Source of the DNA: a virus
Lineage: Duplodnaviria; Caudoviricetes
Virus record (IMG/VR): IMGVR_UViG_3300044941_000088
Location: 1 to 52,870 of that record
Direction: 5' to 3' (one strand)
DNA length: 52,870 bases
Part shown: positions 7,449-17,475 of the stretch, in pieces
Position numbering within the stretch: the first letter of the stretch is position 1
Layout: every line of letters starts with the position of its first letter
Notes under the pieces: generated by a model
Seen by the model: only the letters and a program-made list of their open reading frames with translations
Database searches by the model: none
Told to the model about the DNA's origin: nothing
Translations under genes and position numbers: made by a program

Positions 7449-8182
7449 ATGGCAAAGCCGGGAGACAAGTCGTTCAAGCAGGCCTTTGCAGAGGCGCGGA
7501 AACAGTTGGGGCCGGGCAAGACGTTCACTTGGAACGGCAAGGTCTATACTACAAACTACAAGGAAGAGGCGTCGAGTGCTTCAAGGCCGACACCTCGTGG
7601 CGCGACCAGTTCTGAGCGTGGAGACAACGCCCAGCGCAACTCCTCTGCGCCTAGGCCTAAAGCGAGGCCTGTAAACACAGCGCCAGAGTCGTCGCCGAGG
7701 CCCAAATCCCGTCCTGAAGTAAAGCCGGGCATCTCTGTTCTGAGCGAGACGGACTCGCCGAGTAGGCCCCCGCGCCTACTGGGCGGGGATCGGATGTCAG
7801 GCGACCTGCTGCGGACTCTCCGCCCGCTCGCATCACGGACTCGCCGAGTAGGCCTACCGCGCCGTCTTCGGGCCGCGAGAAATCGCCTGACCCCATCTCG
7901 TCATTACCGCCCGCATCTCGGCGTCCGCAGCCCAAATCTGCTGAGGCGCGGATGAAAAGCCCGACGGCTTCAAAACCCGTCTCTGCGGAGTCCAGGATGA
8001 CTCGACATGGCTCGAGCGTCCGTATCGCCCCGGAAGCGCGCGATGAGGTCGTAAGATATAAGAAGCGCGCTAGGGAGGAAGCAGAGCGGAAACAGAGGGC
8101 TGAAAAGCGCGCTGCGAGACTTCAAGAATGGCTTGACTCGACCACGCTGCCATACGAAGACTTGTCCAAGAACCGCAAGTAG
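7449..8182 (+). CDS. Basic Pro/Ser/Arg-rich protein with SFxxAFAxAR...FTWNGKxYTT motif; apparent 1-nt frameshift at 7767-7771 joins ORFs 7449-7955 and 7952-8182
   Basis: Internal repeat TDSPSRP(T)AP is intact in the second copy but one base short in the first (C5 run). The shifted frame is open through to 8182. Confidence 0.6.
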
Positions 8183-8368
8183 CGCGAATCGCTCTTGCAA
8201 CGGGCTTGCGTATCGTGCAATATCGTGCAGAGCGGTCCTCCCGAAAGGCACAACCGCTTTCCGACAAGCAGCCCTAGCCGCTGCGCCTCCATACCGGATT
8301 GCTTTCCGCATGGCGGCGTATTGCGTTCAAGCGTCCGGTGAACCGAAACGCTTGTAGGGAGCAACTAA

Positions 8369-9355
8369 ATGCCTCTGTCGTCTGCAACGAACCGCTACCC
8401 TGGTGGCACTGGTGCGGCGATCTCGTCCCCGGCGTCCTACTCTGGAACGTTTATCCCGCAAATCTGGTCGTCGAAACTTCTGATGAAGTTCTACGACGCG
8501 ACCGTTCTCGCGGGCATCTCCAACACGGAGTATGAGGGCGAGTTCCAGAACAAGGGCGATACGGTCATCATCCGGCAGCGCCCTGACATCACCATCAGGA
8601 ACTACTCGCCTGATCAGGAGCTCGTGATCGAGCGTCCGAACGCGCCGACCGTCGAGATGACGATCGACTACGCGAAATACTTCGCGCCGATCGTTGACGA
8701 CGTTTGGAAGTATCAGGCCGACATGGACCTGCTCGGAATGTGGGCCGAAGAAGCCGCGTCTGCGATCAAGGTCCAAATCGACGCCGAGCTTTTGCAGCAA
8801 GTATTTCTTGGCGGCGCGCACACGACCAACCGTGGCACGGCGGCTGGTCGGATCAGCGGCAACGTGAACCTTGGTGTCACGACAAACCCGCGCGTAGTTG
8901 TTCCGCGCAACCCGACCGGCACGCAGATTGAAATCCTTGACCTGCTTGTCGATATCGCTCAGGTTCTCGACGAGAACAACGTTCCTGAAACAGGACGGTG
9001 GGTTGTGCTACCTATGTGGGCCATCGCCATGCTGAAGAAGAGCGAATTGCGGCACGCAGAAAAAATGGGTGATAGCACTTCTGTGCTTCGCAATGGCATG
9101 GTCGGCACCATCGACCGCTTCACGGTCTACTCGTCCAACCAGTTGCCGCGCGGCACGCAGTCCGGCTTGGCAGCGAACGAGACAGCGATCTTTGCTGGGC
9201 ACAGCCAAGCCGTCTCTTTCGCGTCTCAGATCAACAAGATTGAGACGATGCGGTCGGAGCGGACTTTCGGCACGATCCTGCGCGGCCTGCAAGTCTACGG
9301 CTGCAAGGTTCTGCATCCGCGCCTGCTGGCCCAAGCCATCATCACTCGCGGCTAA
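8369..9355 (+). CDS. Major capsid protein (HK97 fold)
   Basis: 328 aa; FIPQIWSSKLL, YEGEF..GDTVII, LRNGMVGTIDRFTVYSSN, RGLQVYGCKV; GGGAG RBS. Confidence 0.9.
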   Translation: MPLSSATNRYPGGTGAAISSPASYSGTFIPQIWSSKLLMKFYDATVLAGISNTEYEGEFQNKGDTVIIRQRPDITIRNYSPDQELVIERPNAPTVEMTIDYAKYFAPIVDDVWKYQADMDLLGMWAEEAASAIKVQIDAELLQQVFLGGAHTTNRGTAAGRISGNVNLGVTTNPRVVVPRNPTGTQIEILDLLVDIAQVLDENNVPETGRWVVLPMWAIAMLKKSELRHAEKMGDSTSVLRNGMVGTIDRFTVYSSNQLPRGTQSGLAANETAIFAGHSQAVSFASQINKIETMRSERTFGTILRGLQVYGCKVLHPRLLAQAIITRG

Positions 9356-9361
9356 GCGCAC

Positions 9362-9388
9362 GGCCTCCGAGGATTAGCCTCGGAGGCC
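9362..9388 (+). terminator. Hairpin after capsid gene (terminator or stabiliser)
   Basis: GGCCTCCGAGG-ATTAG-CCTCGGAGGCC perfect 11-bp stem; lacks U tract. Confidence 0.55.
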
Positions 9389-9419
9389 AGCACACTCTAC
9401 GGTAACACGGAGCAACCAC

Positions 9420-9800
9420 ATGGCGCCTCGTTTCTTCAAGAGCCAGACTGGCGACATCTACCCGGAAGCTGAGGGGTTTGAGAACTCTCGAAACTGGCAT
9501 CCTGTAAGCCCCATTGAGGCCGCAAAGTTCTTTGCGGCGCAGGGTGCCGATCTGGATGCGTTGGGGCTCGCGGATTACGCGCCCGGTGGCAAGTATGCTG
9601 CGTCTGATGTGTCGCAAGAGTCTCAGGCCCGGACCACGCGGCGGGGTCGACCCAAATCCAGCGCCGCTGCAATCGTTCTGGAAGCGATAAAGCCTGAGAC
9701 TGAACAGACGCTGGCTGGTGAAATCGGTTCTGAGCGTGGGGGCCTCGATGATCTGACCGACTTCGAGATCGACCCTTCGTTTCTTGCGGGCGATAAATGA
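9420..9800 (+). CDS. Hypothetical protein
   Basis: ORF with GGAG RBS, coupled to next gene. Confidence 0.65.
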   Translation: MAPRFFKSQTGDIYPEAEGFENSRNWHPVSPIEAAKFFAAQGADLDALGLADYAPGGKYAASDVSQESQARTTRRGRPKSSAAAIVLEAIKPETEQTLAGEIGSERGGLDDLTDFEIDPSFLAGDK

Positions 9801-10123
9801 TCCAGGTCTCGGTCGTTGTTACAGCGGTTCGGCATCTCGTGCAGGACACGAGCCCGTCGAATCCTCGCTATGACGACCAGACGGTTCTGCTTGCAGTCAC
9901 TGCTGCGCTTTTGAGGGTCAAGGCTCGCAGGCCGGAAGCCTTTCCATTTGGCCCTACTCCGGCGGTGACCATGGGCGGCTCCATCCCGATCGACGACATC
10001 TTCATGCCAGCGCTGGTGAAGCTCGCCGCAGGGGAGCTTCTGCTCATCAACAGCGAGTATGCAGAGAGCGGAGCGGCGGCGTCTGTGATCCAGCTCGGAG
10101 ACAATTACCTGACTGGACGGTAA
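9797..10123 (+). CDS. Putative head-tail adaptor protein
   Basis: 108 aa after capsid; LVQD...RYDDQ...RRPEAF pattern typical of adaptor proteins. Confidence 0.6.
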   Translation: MIQVSVVVTAVRHLVQDTSPSNPRYDDQTVLLAVTAALLRVKARRPEAFPFGPTPAVTMGGSIPIDDIFMPALVKLAAGELLLINSEYAESGAAASVIQLGDNYLTGR

Positions 10124-10124
10124 G

Positions 10125-10742
10125 ATGCAGGAAGTAGTCGCCAAGGTCGCCGCCGAGATGCCCGGCGCGGCGCAGCTAGCAGTAGAGAACGCCGTCTTGG
10201 AAGCGGCACGCGACCTTTGCTCGCGTGCCTTTGTTTGGACGCGGCTGTTCACGATTCCCATGCAGGAAAACCAGTCGACCTATACGCTCCCCGTCGCTGC
10301 TGGGGAGTGGATTGTGAAGCCGCTGCATGTTGCTGGCGCGGGCTCCACCATCGTTCCAATGGACTCGCGCATGATACAGACGCGGATGCATGGACGGGCG
10401 TTCAAGTGGAACGACTCCGCTTCTCCGGCCACGATCACGCTGATTCCGTCTGACGCAGCAGTTGTTGGAGAAGACCTCGAAGTTCTGGTCGCGCTTGCGC
10501 CGAAGACGCTCACAGCTATGCCAGTCAACGTTGCCGCGCGTTATGGGGACGCGATCAAATACGGGGCCTGCGCGTTGCTCGCCAAACAGCAGAACCGCCC
10601 CTACACCAGCCTGGTCATGGCCGCCGAGCATGGTCGGACCTACCGAGCGCTTCGGGCGCAAGCCTACAGAGACAGTATGAATGGTCTTACGGCGTATGCT
10701 CCTGCGGGCATTCTTCACAATGCTTTCAGAACTTGGGTGTAA
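10125..10742 (+). CDS. Putative tail adaptor / tubular protein A-like
   Basis: EMPGA...AARDLC, AIKYGA..LL, RPYT motifs; position in operon. Confidence 0.65.
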   Translation: MQEVVAKVAAEMPGAAQLAVENAVLEAARDLCSRAFVWTRLFTIPMQENQSTYTLPVAAGEWIVKPLHVAGAGSTIVPMDSRMIQTRMHGRAFKWNDSASPATITLIPSDAAVVGEDLEVLVALAPKTLTAMPVNVAARYGDAIKYGACALLAKQQNRPYTSLVMAAEHGRTYRALRAQAYRDSMNGLTAYAPAGILHNAFRTWV

Positions 10743-10744
10743 TT

Positions 10745-10936
10745 ATGACGTTTGCTCAGTGGCACGAAGAGCTTAGAGGCCGCCTGAGTTTCAGGGCGCT
10801 TGCCGCCGATCTTGGTGTGTCGCACTCCTATGTATGGGCGCTTGTCCGTGGACGCAGGCGGCCCGGACGCGCCCTTGCAATCCGCATCGAGAAATACACA
10901 AGCGGGCTGGTTACTGTGCAAAGCTGGCAGGATTGA
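10745..10936 (+). CDS. Cro/YdaS-like helix-turn-helix protein
   Basis: SFRALAADLGVSHSYVWALVRGRRRPGRALAIRIEKYTSGLVT is a classic Cro-like HTH. Confidence 0.8.
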   Translation: MTFAQWHEELRGRLSFRALAADLGVSHSYVWALVRGRRRPGRALAIRIEKYTSGLVTVQSWQD

Positions 10937-10938
10937 GC

Positions 10939-12591
10939 ATGATCCGCATTGAAGCGTTCTTGAACGCCAAGCCTGCCCAATCGCCCCGCATGGCCGCGCG
11001 GTCGAACTCTGCCAGTTGGGCAGAAAACTGCGATGTCAGATCGGGGTGCCTCGAAGGCATACGCCAGCCGCGCCCTGTAGCCGCAGTGTCGGGCGGACCG
11101 TTCAGCAAAGCCGTTCGGATCAGGAAACGTTCTACGGACGAACTGTTGTGGGTCGGCCTGTCATCTCCATACGCGGAGCTGGTGCAAAGCCCGGTCCTGA
11201 ACGATGCCTTCGACAGGGTGTATCTGTTCGCGCCGAACGAGCCACCGAAGGTATCGACGTTTGACAGGTTGAAGGACGGCCTCGGGTTCAGTCTCCTCGC
11301 TGTCTCCGGCCCTCAGCACGAGCCGATTGCGACCGTCGAGGGCACGCCGACCAACACTTCGATTTTTCTGAAGGAAACCAGGGCCTACATCTTCACCTAC
11401 ATCACCAGTTGGGGAGAAGAGTCGGCGCCTTCTTTGCCGGTCACTGTTGACGTTCTGCCTGGGCAGCGTGTGAGGCTGACTAACCTGATGCCGCCAAGCC
11501 CCCCTGCGCTGGACGGGCGATCTTGGCAGTCTGTGCGGCTCTACAGGACGGTTGTGGCCCTTTCGACGGTCGAGTTCTACACCGTTGAGGATGTGCCTTG
11601 GGGCACAGACGAGTTCGTTGACGACCGCGCTACGTCGCGCGTCGTGCTCAATCGGGTGTTTGACAGCAGTAACGATCCTTTGCCGGACGGGTTTTGGGGC
11701 ACCAGGTCGCACCCCAGCGGGTCGCTGGTCGCGTTCAAGGGTAACACGGTTCGGTTCTCTGTTCCTTACCTGCCTCATGCGTGGCCGGACGAGTGGCGTT
11801 GGGGGTTTCCTGACGAGATCGTGGCGGTTGAAGTTTACGGTCAGAATGTGTTTGTGATGACCGAAAGCGGTTTTCATACCATGTTCGGCGCTCGGGCGCC
11901 TGAGCTGGGTATTGTCGCCTACCCTTACCCGATGCCGTGTCTCAGCTACGGCTCTGTGGTCAACACCCCTCAGGGGGTGTTTTTTATGACGCAGCACGGC
12001 TTGGCCGTAGCAAGCGGCGGCCCGCCGAAAGATTTTACCAAGGGGTTGATTAGTAGCGATCAGTGGCGGCGTGCTTTCGCTCGTGAAGCGTTTTCTTGTT
12101 ATGACGACGGATACTACACAGCTATCTTTGATGACGGCACCGGCTTTCGTATCGACCTTGAGCAGGGCACTGGACTTTCAACGCTTTCTTACGACCGGCT
12201 CTATTTGCCGCACACGGACCGTTACACCGGAGTAACCTTCGGTTTCGCCGATGGAGTGGTCCACGAGCTGAACCCGCCGGATGGCGCGCCCAAGACCTAC
12301 ATGTGGCAGTCTGGCGACTACGTTCTGGCAAAGCCGATGAACCTGGAAGCCTTGGAGGTCGATTTCGACGAGCTTCCGCCGGGGTTGGTTGACGACCCGA
12401 TGTGCCAGCAGGTTCGGATCATGGTATGGGCGGACGGCAACCAGATTGTAGACCAGTGGACGCCGAGGCGCGTGCCGATGACGCTGCCAGCGGGCCGGGA
12501 GTTTGCCGTGTGGCGCGTGGCGGTTCAGGGCTGCGCGCCTTTGCACTCGATTGCTGTAGCGGCGACGGTCAAGGGGCTGGCTCGTGTCTAA
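10939..12591 (+). CDS. Tail nozzle / stabilisation (tubular protein B-like) protein
   Basis: ~550 aa beta-rich; YIFTYITSWGEESAPS and FSVPYLPHAWP motifs. Confidence 0.75.
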   Translation: MIRIEAFLNAKPAQSPRMAARSNSASWAENCDVRSGCLEGIRQPRPVAAVSGGPFSKAVRIRKRSTDELLWVGLSSPYAELVQSPVLNDAFDRVYLFAPNEPPKVSTFDRLKDGLGFSLLAVSGPQHEPIATVEGTPTNTSIFLKETRAYIFTYITSWGEESAPSLPVTVDVLPGQRVRLTNLMPPSPPALDGRSWQSVRLYRTVVALSTVEFYTVEDVPWGTDEFVDDRATSRVVLNRVFDSSNDPLPDGFWGTRSHPSGSLVAFKGNTVRFSVPYLPHAWPDEWRWGFPDEIVAVEVYGQNVFVMTESGFHTMFGARAPELGIVAYPYPMPCLSYGSVVNTPQGVFFMTQHGLAVASGGPPKDFTKGLISSDQWRRAFAREAFSCYDDGYYTAIFDDGTGFRIDLEQGTGLSTLSYDRLYLPHTDRYTGVTFGFADGVVHELNPPDGAPKTYMWQSGDYVLAKPMNLEALEVDFDELPPGLVDDPMCQQVRIMVWADGNQIVDQWTPRRVPMTLPAGREFAVWRVAVQGCAPLHSIAVAATVKGLARV

Positions 12592-13255
12592 CCACAAGCT
12601 CCCTATCCCAGAGCCGGGGATGACGCTTGAGAGCGTCATTGAAGCGGTCAGGCACATCAAGCTCCGTTTAGAAGCAGAGCCGGTCAGAATATCTACGCTT
12701 GGCGAGCGGGCGTTGGCAGCGTCAGCGTCGGTTGAAGAGGCCGCTGCGCAGCAGGCGAACACGCTTGCGGCCCAGACAGTCGCGCTTCAGGCTCAGACCG
12801 CAGATCATGCTTTGCGGCTGGACGCAGCTGAAGCCAATATCTCGTCGTCTGCTACAGCGGTCGCAGGGCTACAGGGCGCTTTTGCGGACCTCCAATCATC
12901 GCTGCAAAGTCTCGAAGTTGCACTTTCGGCGCTTTCTGCGGCTTTGAGCACCAAGTCCACGGTATCGAGTGGTATGCACGCCGGAGCGAGTTTCACGCTG
13001 ACCTCCGCCCCAGGTCGCGTGCTGATGCTTTTCGCCGCTGGCGCGTGGGGTGGCGATACAGCCGCGCACACTGTTACTATTAGGTATAACGGTGTCGATG
13101 TTGCCTCGCACCCGCTACGGCAAGCATCTACAAACGACCGAATTGGCGTCGGCTTGGTGGCCCGCGTAGAAGCGGTAGCGTCTACTGTATGCGAGCTGGT
13201 TGTAACAGGCGGAACTCTCTACGATCCAGTGATAACCTGGGTAGAGATAGGCTAG
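12584..13255 (+). CDS. Virion protein with coiled coil and beta-rich C-terminus (possible tail needle/short fibre)
   Basis: Heptad-like Ala/Gln/Leu stretch followed by a beta domain; coupled start. Confidence 0.55.
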   Translation: MSNHKLPIPEPGMTLESVIEAVRHIKLRLEAEPVRISTLGERALAASASVEEAAAQQANTLAAQTVALQAQTADHALRLDAAEANISSSATAVAGLQGAFADLQSSLQSLEVALSALSAALSTKSTVSSGMHAGASFTLTSAPGRVLMLFAAGAWGGDTAAHTVTIRYNGVDVASHPLRQASTNDRIGVGLVARVEAVASTVCELVVTGGTLYDPVITWVEIG

Positions 13256-13261
13256 CATGGT

Positions 13262-13714
13262 ATGTCGTGGTGGCTCGTCAGAGATTCTAAGAGAGCAGAA
13301 GCGCTACTAAAGGCTTTGCACGACTACACGCCGCCGCTGCCGCTGTTTTTCGAGGACGAGAAAGGGTTACTCGGTGTAGTCGTGTTCGAAAAATACACCG
13401 GCGCGGGCGGCAGTGTGACGGTTCACTTTGCCGGGTTCAGGAAGGGCTGGCTAAAAGCGTCGATACTTCGGGCGTGTTCTTGGTATGTGTTCGGCCATCT
13501 AAAGTGTGCTCAGGTCATGGCTGAGGTCAATGGCACCAACCTAAAGGTGCGCCGGATGGCCGAGAAGTTCGGTTTTGTCGAGCTTTACAGGGTGCAAGGC
13601 TATTTCCCCGGTAGCGATCTGTGCGTATACTTACTCGCCAAGGCTCGCTGCCGTTACTACCGAGAGGAGTCAGACAATGGGGATGCCTGCGCCACCTCCG
13701 GCGCCGCCGTATGA
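13262..13714 (+). CDS. GNAT-fold protein
   Basis: NLKVRRMAEKFGFVE (GNAT motif B-like); common position before ejection genes in podophages. Confidence 0.7.
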   Translation: MSWWLVRDSKRAEALLKALHDYTPPLPLFFEDEKGLLGVVVFEKYTGAGGSVTVHFAGFRKGWLKASILRACSWYVFGHLKCAQVMAEVNGTNLKVRRMAEKFGFVELYRVQGYFPGSDLCVYLLAKARCRYYREESDNGDACATSGAAV

Positions 13715-14693
13715 GAAGCTCCTTGCGTTTGCCGAACGTCAGGCAGAAAAGAACAACGCGCTGACCGAGGAGTTTCTTTCGTTTACGAAAGAAGCCTTTG
13801 CCAAGCAGGACGCGCGGGCGGACCAGTTCTATGAAATCCAGCGGCCAGAAATGGAGGCGGCGGCTCGGTTTTCGCAAGAGCAGCGAGAGCGCTACCGACA
13901 GATGGGTATGCCGCTGGAAGACGAGCTTGCTACCAAACTGAAGCAGTGGTCGTCGCCAGAGCGCACTGAGCAGGAGGTTGCAGCAGCCGTTGGCGACGTG
14001 ACTGCTGCGACAGAGGCCGAGCGGCGCAACCTGTATTCGCGGCTGGCCGATATGGGAGTTGACCCTTCTCAGGTTGCAGCCACCGGGCTCGACAAGCGGA
14101 TAAGCGCAATCACGGCGGCGCAGAAAGCCGCCGCAGCGACGGGGGCGCGGAGAGCCACAGAGGCAGTCGGGCTGGACAGGCTGGCGTCCGCCGCCAACAT
14201 CTATCGCGGGCTGCCGCAGGTCGCAGCAGAAGCCGCCCAGTCTAGTGTCATGACGGGCGCGGCAGGCCTTGACGCAAGTGGGGCCGCGAAGCAGTTTGGC
14301 CAGCGGGGGTATGCGCAAGGCAGTGATATGCTGGCGAACAGCACAGGTAAGCTCAACAGCGCCTATGGCGTAGCCTCTGACATCTACAAAGGTCAACTCT
14401 CGGCGTATGACATGCAGCTCAGAAACAGCCCGTGGAACGTTGCTGCCGGGCTTCTTGGGATGGGATTGGGGCGCTTTGGTTTTGCGGAAGGCATTCCGGT
14501 GATTCCAAGCACCATGTCGCCTTCGCGAGGCGTCGTTCCCGACGACATCCCGGCGGCAGTTAGCGCCGGGGAAGCCGTGCTTGATCGCGATACCGTGGCG
14601 TGGCATGGGGTCAAGACGATTAGCAAGATGATGCAGGAAGCCAAGCAGGGTATGCGTGGGCTCCCTGCTGAGAAAAAGGTTCCCGCCCGATGA
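13677..14693 (+). CDS. Putative ejection / internal virion protein
   Basis: GAGGAG RBS; MGMPAPPPAPP start; Ala/Gly/Gln-rich helical; C-terminal DDIPAAVSAGEAV motif. Confidence 0.7.
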   Translation: MGMPAPPPAPPYEKLLAFAERQAEKNNALTEEFLSFTKEAFAKQDARADQFYEIQRPEMEAAARFSQEQRERYRQMGMPLEDELATKLKQWSSPERTEQEVAAAVGDVTAATEAERRNLYSRLADMGVDPSQVAATGLDKRISAITAAQKAAAATGARRATEAVGLDRLASAANIYRGLPQVAAEAAQSSVMTGAAGLDASGAAKQFGQRGYAQGSDMLANSTGKLNSAYGVASDIYKGQLSAYDMQLRNSPWNVAAGLLGMGLGRFGFAEGIPVIPSTMSPSRGVVPDDIPAAVSAGEAVLDRDTVAWHGVKTISKMMQEAKQGMRGLPAEKKVPAR

Positions 14694-15505
14694 GCTACAT
14701 TATCGACGCCTTTTTGAAAGGGTATGCGATTGGCTCTGACATGTATGAGCGCGAGCTCAAAGCCAAGCTCGGTGAGCTCGTTGCCAAGATGGAGGAGTCG
14801 CCGACCGATGAACTGCTCGGAGAAGCGACAGACACCTTGGCTGAGATCGAACGCAGGGGAGGCGATGGTGACGGGTTTTTCAGCTCAGTCCTTTCGGTTT
14901 TCAGAAGGCGCGCAGCTGGTCAAAATGAGGCTAACCAAACTTCTGAGGCCGTTGGGCTCCCGTCGGTCCGAGCTTCTACGCGCACCCCGCAGGCCCCGCA
15001 GGCCCCGCAGGCCCCGCCAGCCGCAACTGGGGCGGCTGCGGATGTCGCGACTGAAAGCGATTCGGTCGACCCGTCTAAAGATTTTCTGCTTGGCATCTTT
15101 GGAGGAACAAACGGGCTTAGGGCCAAGGTGCGCACCGCTAGCGGCGAAGTCATAGACCTGTCGCCCGGAGCGAATTTCAACGGGCTGTTGTTTGTCGGAG
15201 GGGACAGACAGACGGCGACATTTGAGCGCAATGGTCAGCAGTATCGCGTTGGCGTAGGCCAGCCGCTTTCAGGGCTTGCGACTCAGACACCGCCGCCTGC
15301 GCAGCCCGCGCCGCCCGCAGGTTTGCCGAGAGAAGCGCCTCAAGGCGCGATGGGAGCGCAGGGCGCAGTTACACCGGGTAACGTTCCGATGCGGCAGGGA
15401 CAGTCGCAAGCCCCGCAATCGCCGATTGTGCAAGACCCGTTGAAACAGCCGCAAGGCGTGCCGACGCCCGGAGTGGTATGGTATCCAAGAACAAGGGCCA
15501 ATTGA
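14690..15505 (+). CDS. Putative ejection protein (N-part; may be one gene with 15507-17414)
   Basis: Coupled ATGA start; P/Q/A-rich low-complexity C-half. Confidence 0.6.
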   Translation: MSYIIDAFLKGYAIGSDMYERELKAKLGELVAKMEESPTDELLGEATDTLAEIERRGGDGDGFFSSVLSVFRRRAAGQNEANQTSEAVGLPSVRASTRTPQAPQAPQAPPAATGAAADVATESDSVDPSKDFLLGIFGGTNGLRAKVRTASGEVIDLSPGANFNGLLFVGGDRQTATFERNGQQYRVGVGQPLSGLATQTPPPAQPAPPAGLPREAPQGAMGAQGAVTPGNVPMRQGQSQAPQSPIVQDPLKQPQGVPTPGVVWYPRTRAN

Positions 15506-15506
15506 G

Positions 15507-17414
15507 ATGCGGGTTTTGCTTGATCCACAAGAAGAGGATCGTCGTGGGCAAGGGCTTCCTGCGCCAAAGGGGCTTCCTGCACCCGAAGGGGGGGCAGTCT
15601 TGCAACAGCCTCAACAGCCTCAACGGCCTCAACAGCCTCAACAGCCTCAACAGCCCGAACGGCCCGCGACGAGCAGCGTAAGGACGCAGCCGCAGCCGAC
15701 TGCAAAACCGCGTCCTGCCCAACAGGTGCCTTTTGAGTCGGTTCCGCAACAAACAATTCCGCAACCGCAGGCCAACATGCCTGCGGCTTCTGCGAGTGCG
15801 ACGCAGGCCCCGCCCCCCGTTCGCGTGAGCACGAAAGACTTGCCCATGCCTCCGTCAGGCGTTCCGAGCTACGGCAACGGTAGGGCTTATGAAAAGCTGC
15901 GCGGCGAAGTTATCAGGGTCGCTGCGCGGCTTGGAGGCATAAGCGGTGTTGTCCAGATGTCCGGCGAACTCGACCGGATGCGCAAGGCCCGTATTACCAG
16001 TCACATGGAAGCTGCGCTTCTGCTGGCGCAGCAAGGCAGGCAAGCGGACGCTGCTCTTGAGATGCAGCGCGCGACCTACCTGATCTCGCCTGGTATCAAG
16101 ACACGGGTTTCGCCTGGTCCCAATGGGTTGTTCGTATTCCAGAACTACGACGACAAAGACAACTTCGTCGGGGCTGCTGGATATACCGTCGATCAGATCA
16201 TGGAGATGGTCCACGCATACAAGGACATCGGGTCGTATCACCAATACAAGCTGGACCGGATGGAGGCCCAGCAGCGGATGGAGTTCAACGCGCAGCTTCA
16301 GCCGTATAGGCTGCTGCAAGCGCAGCTTGAATTGCAGAACTTGCAGCTTCAGGTTGACGGGCGCGCGCTGGGCAATTCCGCCGCAGCGCTGGAATTGGCG
16401 GTCAAGCGTGCAGAGCTGGGGCTTCCGATTGGCGGCGATGTTTCGGGAGATGCTATCGTTGGCGCGGTTGAAAGCAGGCGCATTGCGGAGTTCAACGAAC
16501 AGCTCGGCAAGTTTGCTGACGAAGTGCAAGCCAAGATCAAGGAAGTTGGCGAAGAGGTTGTAAAAACGTTCCGTGAAAGCGGCGGCGTTGTCGGCGCCAC
16601 TGAGCAGGTCGTTCCTGGGCTGAAACTGCCTTACTACATCGACGATAACGGGCAGATCAACGCTCATGTCATGAGCGCGGTAAGGGCCATGGCTGAGGCG
16701 ATCTATGTCGAGAACAGAGCGTTGACGCCTACGGCTGTTGCGACCGCGATCCGCATGGCGTTGTTTGAACCTGCTATCGACATTACGTTGGATCAGATTG
16801 AAGTTGAGCTGCCTAACGGCGGAAAACAGACGCGCGATGTAATGATCTTCAATGGCTTGCACAGCCAGACGCTGTTTTTGCCGCCCCAAACGATTGATAC
16901 ATTCCGCAGCATCGTTTTCGGGCAGCGCGAGCAGGAGCTCCGAAACCGCGCTTTGGCAGAGGCTATCAGGCAGGGAAAGATCGCGCGTCAATCTGATTTG
17001 TCCAGTAAGCCCGACGTGAAGGATGAGATTGAACGGACCGTCCGTTCGCACATGGCGTATAACTTGTCTGAAGACGGCGAGATCGCCACTGTTGTTCGCA
17101 TGAGCACTTCTCCTGCGTTCGTAGAAGAGCGTTACAAAGAAGAGCTACGCCGGGAAGAGGCCGAAAAAGCCAGACGGGCCGGTGTTGGCATGTTTCCGCA
17201 GCCGGTGCAGTCTGGCGCTGCGGCGCCGCTCGACGGCCTGCAACCAGATAACGTTGCGAGGGTGTTCTCCGAATTGCAAGCGTATCTCAATGAGGAGCGG
17301 AACTTTTCGCCAGAAAAAATCAAGCGCATGGTGCTGACGCTGCCACCAGACAGGCAGGTTTCGGCCACTGCGCGAGCCGCGCTCAAACGAGCGAACGATT
17401 TCGGCATGAGGTAG
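15507..17414 (+). CDS. Putative ejection / internal virion protein (C-part)
   Basis: 635-aa ORF, QP repeats then helical region; weak RBS. Confidence 0.65.
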   Translation: MRVLLDPQEEDRRGQGLPAPKGLPAPEGGAVLQQPQQPQRPQQPQQPQQPERPATSSVRTQPQPTAKPRPAQQVPFESVPQQTIPQPQANMPAASASATQAPPPVRVSTKDLPMPPSGVPSYGNGRAYEKLRGEVIRVAARLGGISGVVQMSGELDRMRKARITSHMEAALLLAQQGRQADAALEMQRATYLISPGIKTRVSPGPNGLFVFQNYDDKDNFVGAAGYTVDQIMEMVHAYKDIGSYHQYKLDRMEAQQRMEFNAQLQPYRLLQAQLELQNLQLQVDGRALGNSAAALELAVKRAELGLPIGGDVSGDAIVGAVESRRIAEFNEQLGKFADEVQAKIKEVGEEVVKTFRESGGVVGATEQVVPGLKLPYYIDDNGQINAHVMSAVRAMAEAIYVENRALTPTAVATAIRMALFEPAIDITLDQIEVELPNGGKQTRDVMIFNGLHSQTLFLPPQTIDTFRSIVFGQREQELRNRALAEAIRQGKIARQSDLSSKPDVKDEIERTVRSHMAYNLSEDGEIATVVRMSTSPAFVEERYKEELRREEAEKARRAGVGMFPQPVQSGAAAPLDGLQPDNVARVFSELQAYLNEERNFSPEKIKRMVLTLPPDRQVSATARAALKRANDFGMR

Positions 17415-17422
17415 CAGGCTTG

Positions 17423-17473
17423 TTGCCAACCGTCGCGGATAGCAGTAGCGTGCTCGAAACTACACGGTGTAAC
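17423..17473 (+). promoter_or_regulatory. Sigma70-like promoter plus operator upstream of giant gene
   Basis: TTGCCA (17423), 17 nt, TAGCGT (17446), followed by palindrome copy ACTACACGGTGTAAC (17459-17473) just before ATG 17476. Confidence 0.45.
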
Positions 17474-17475
17474 CA

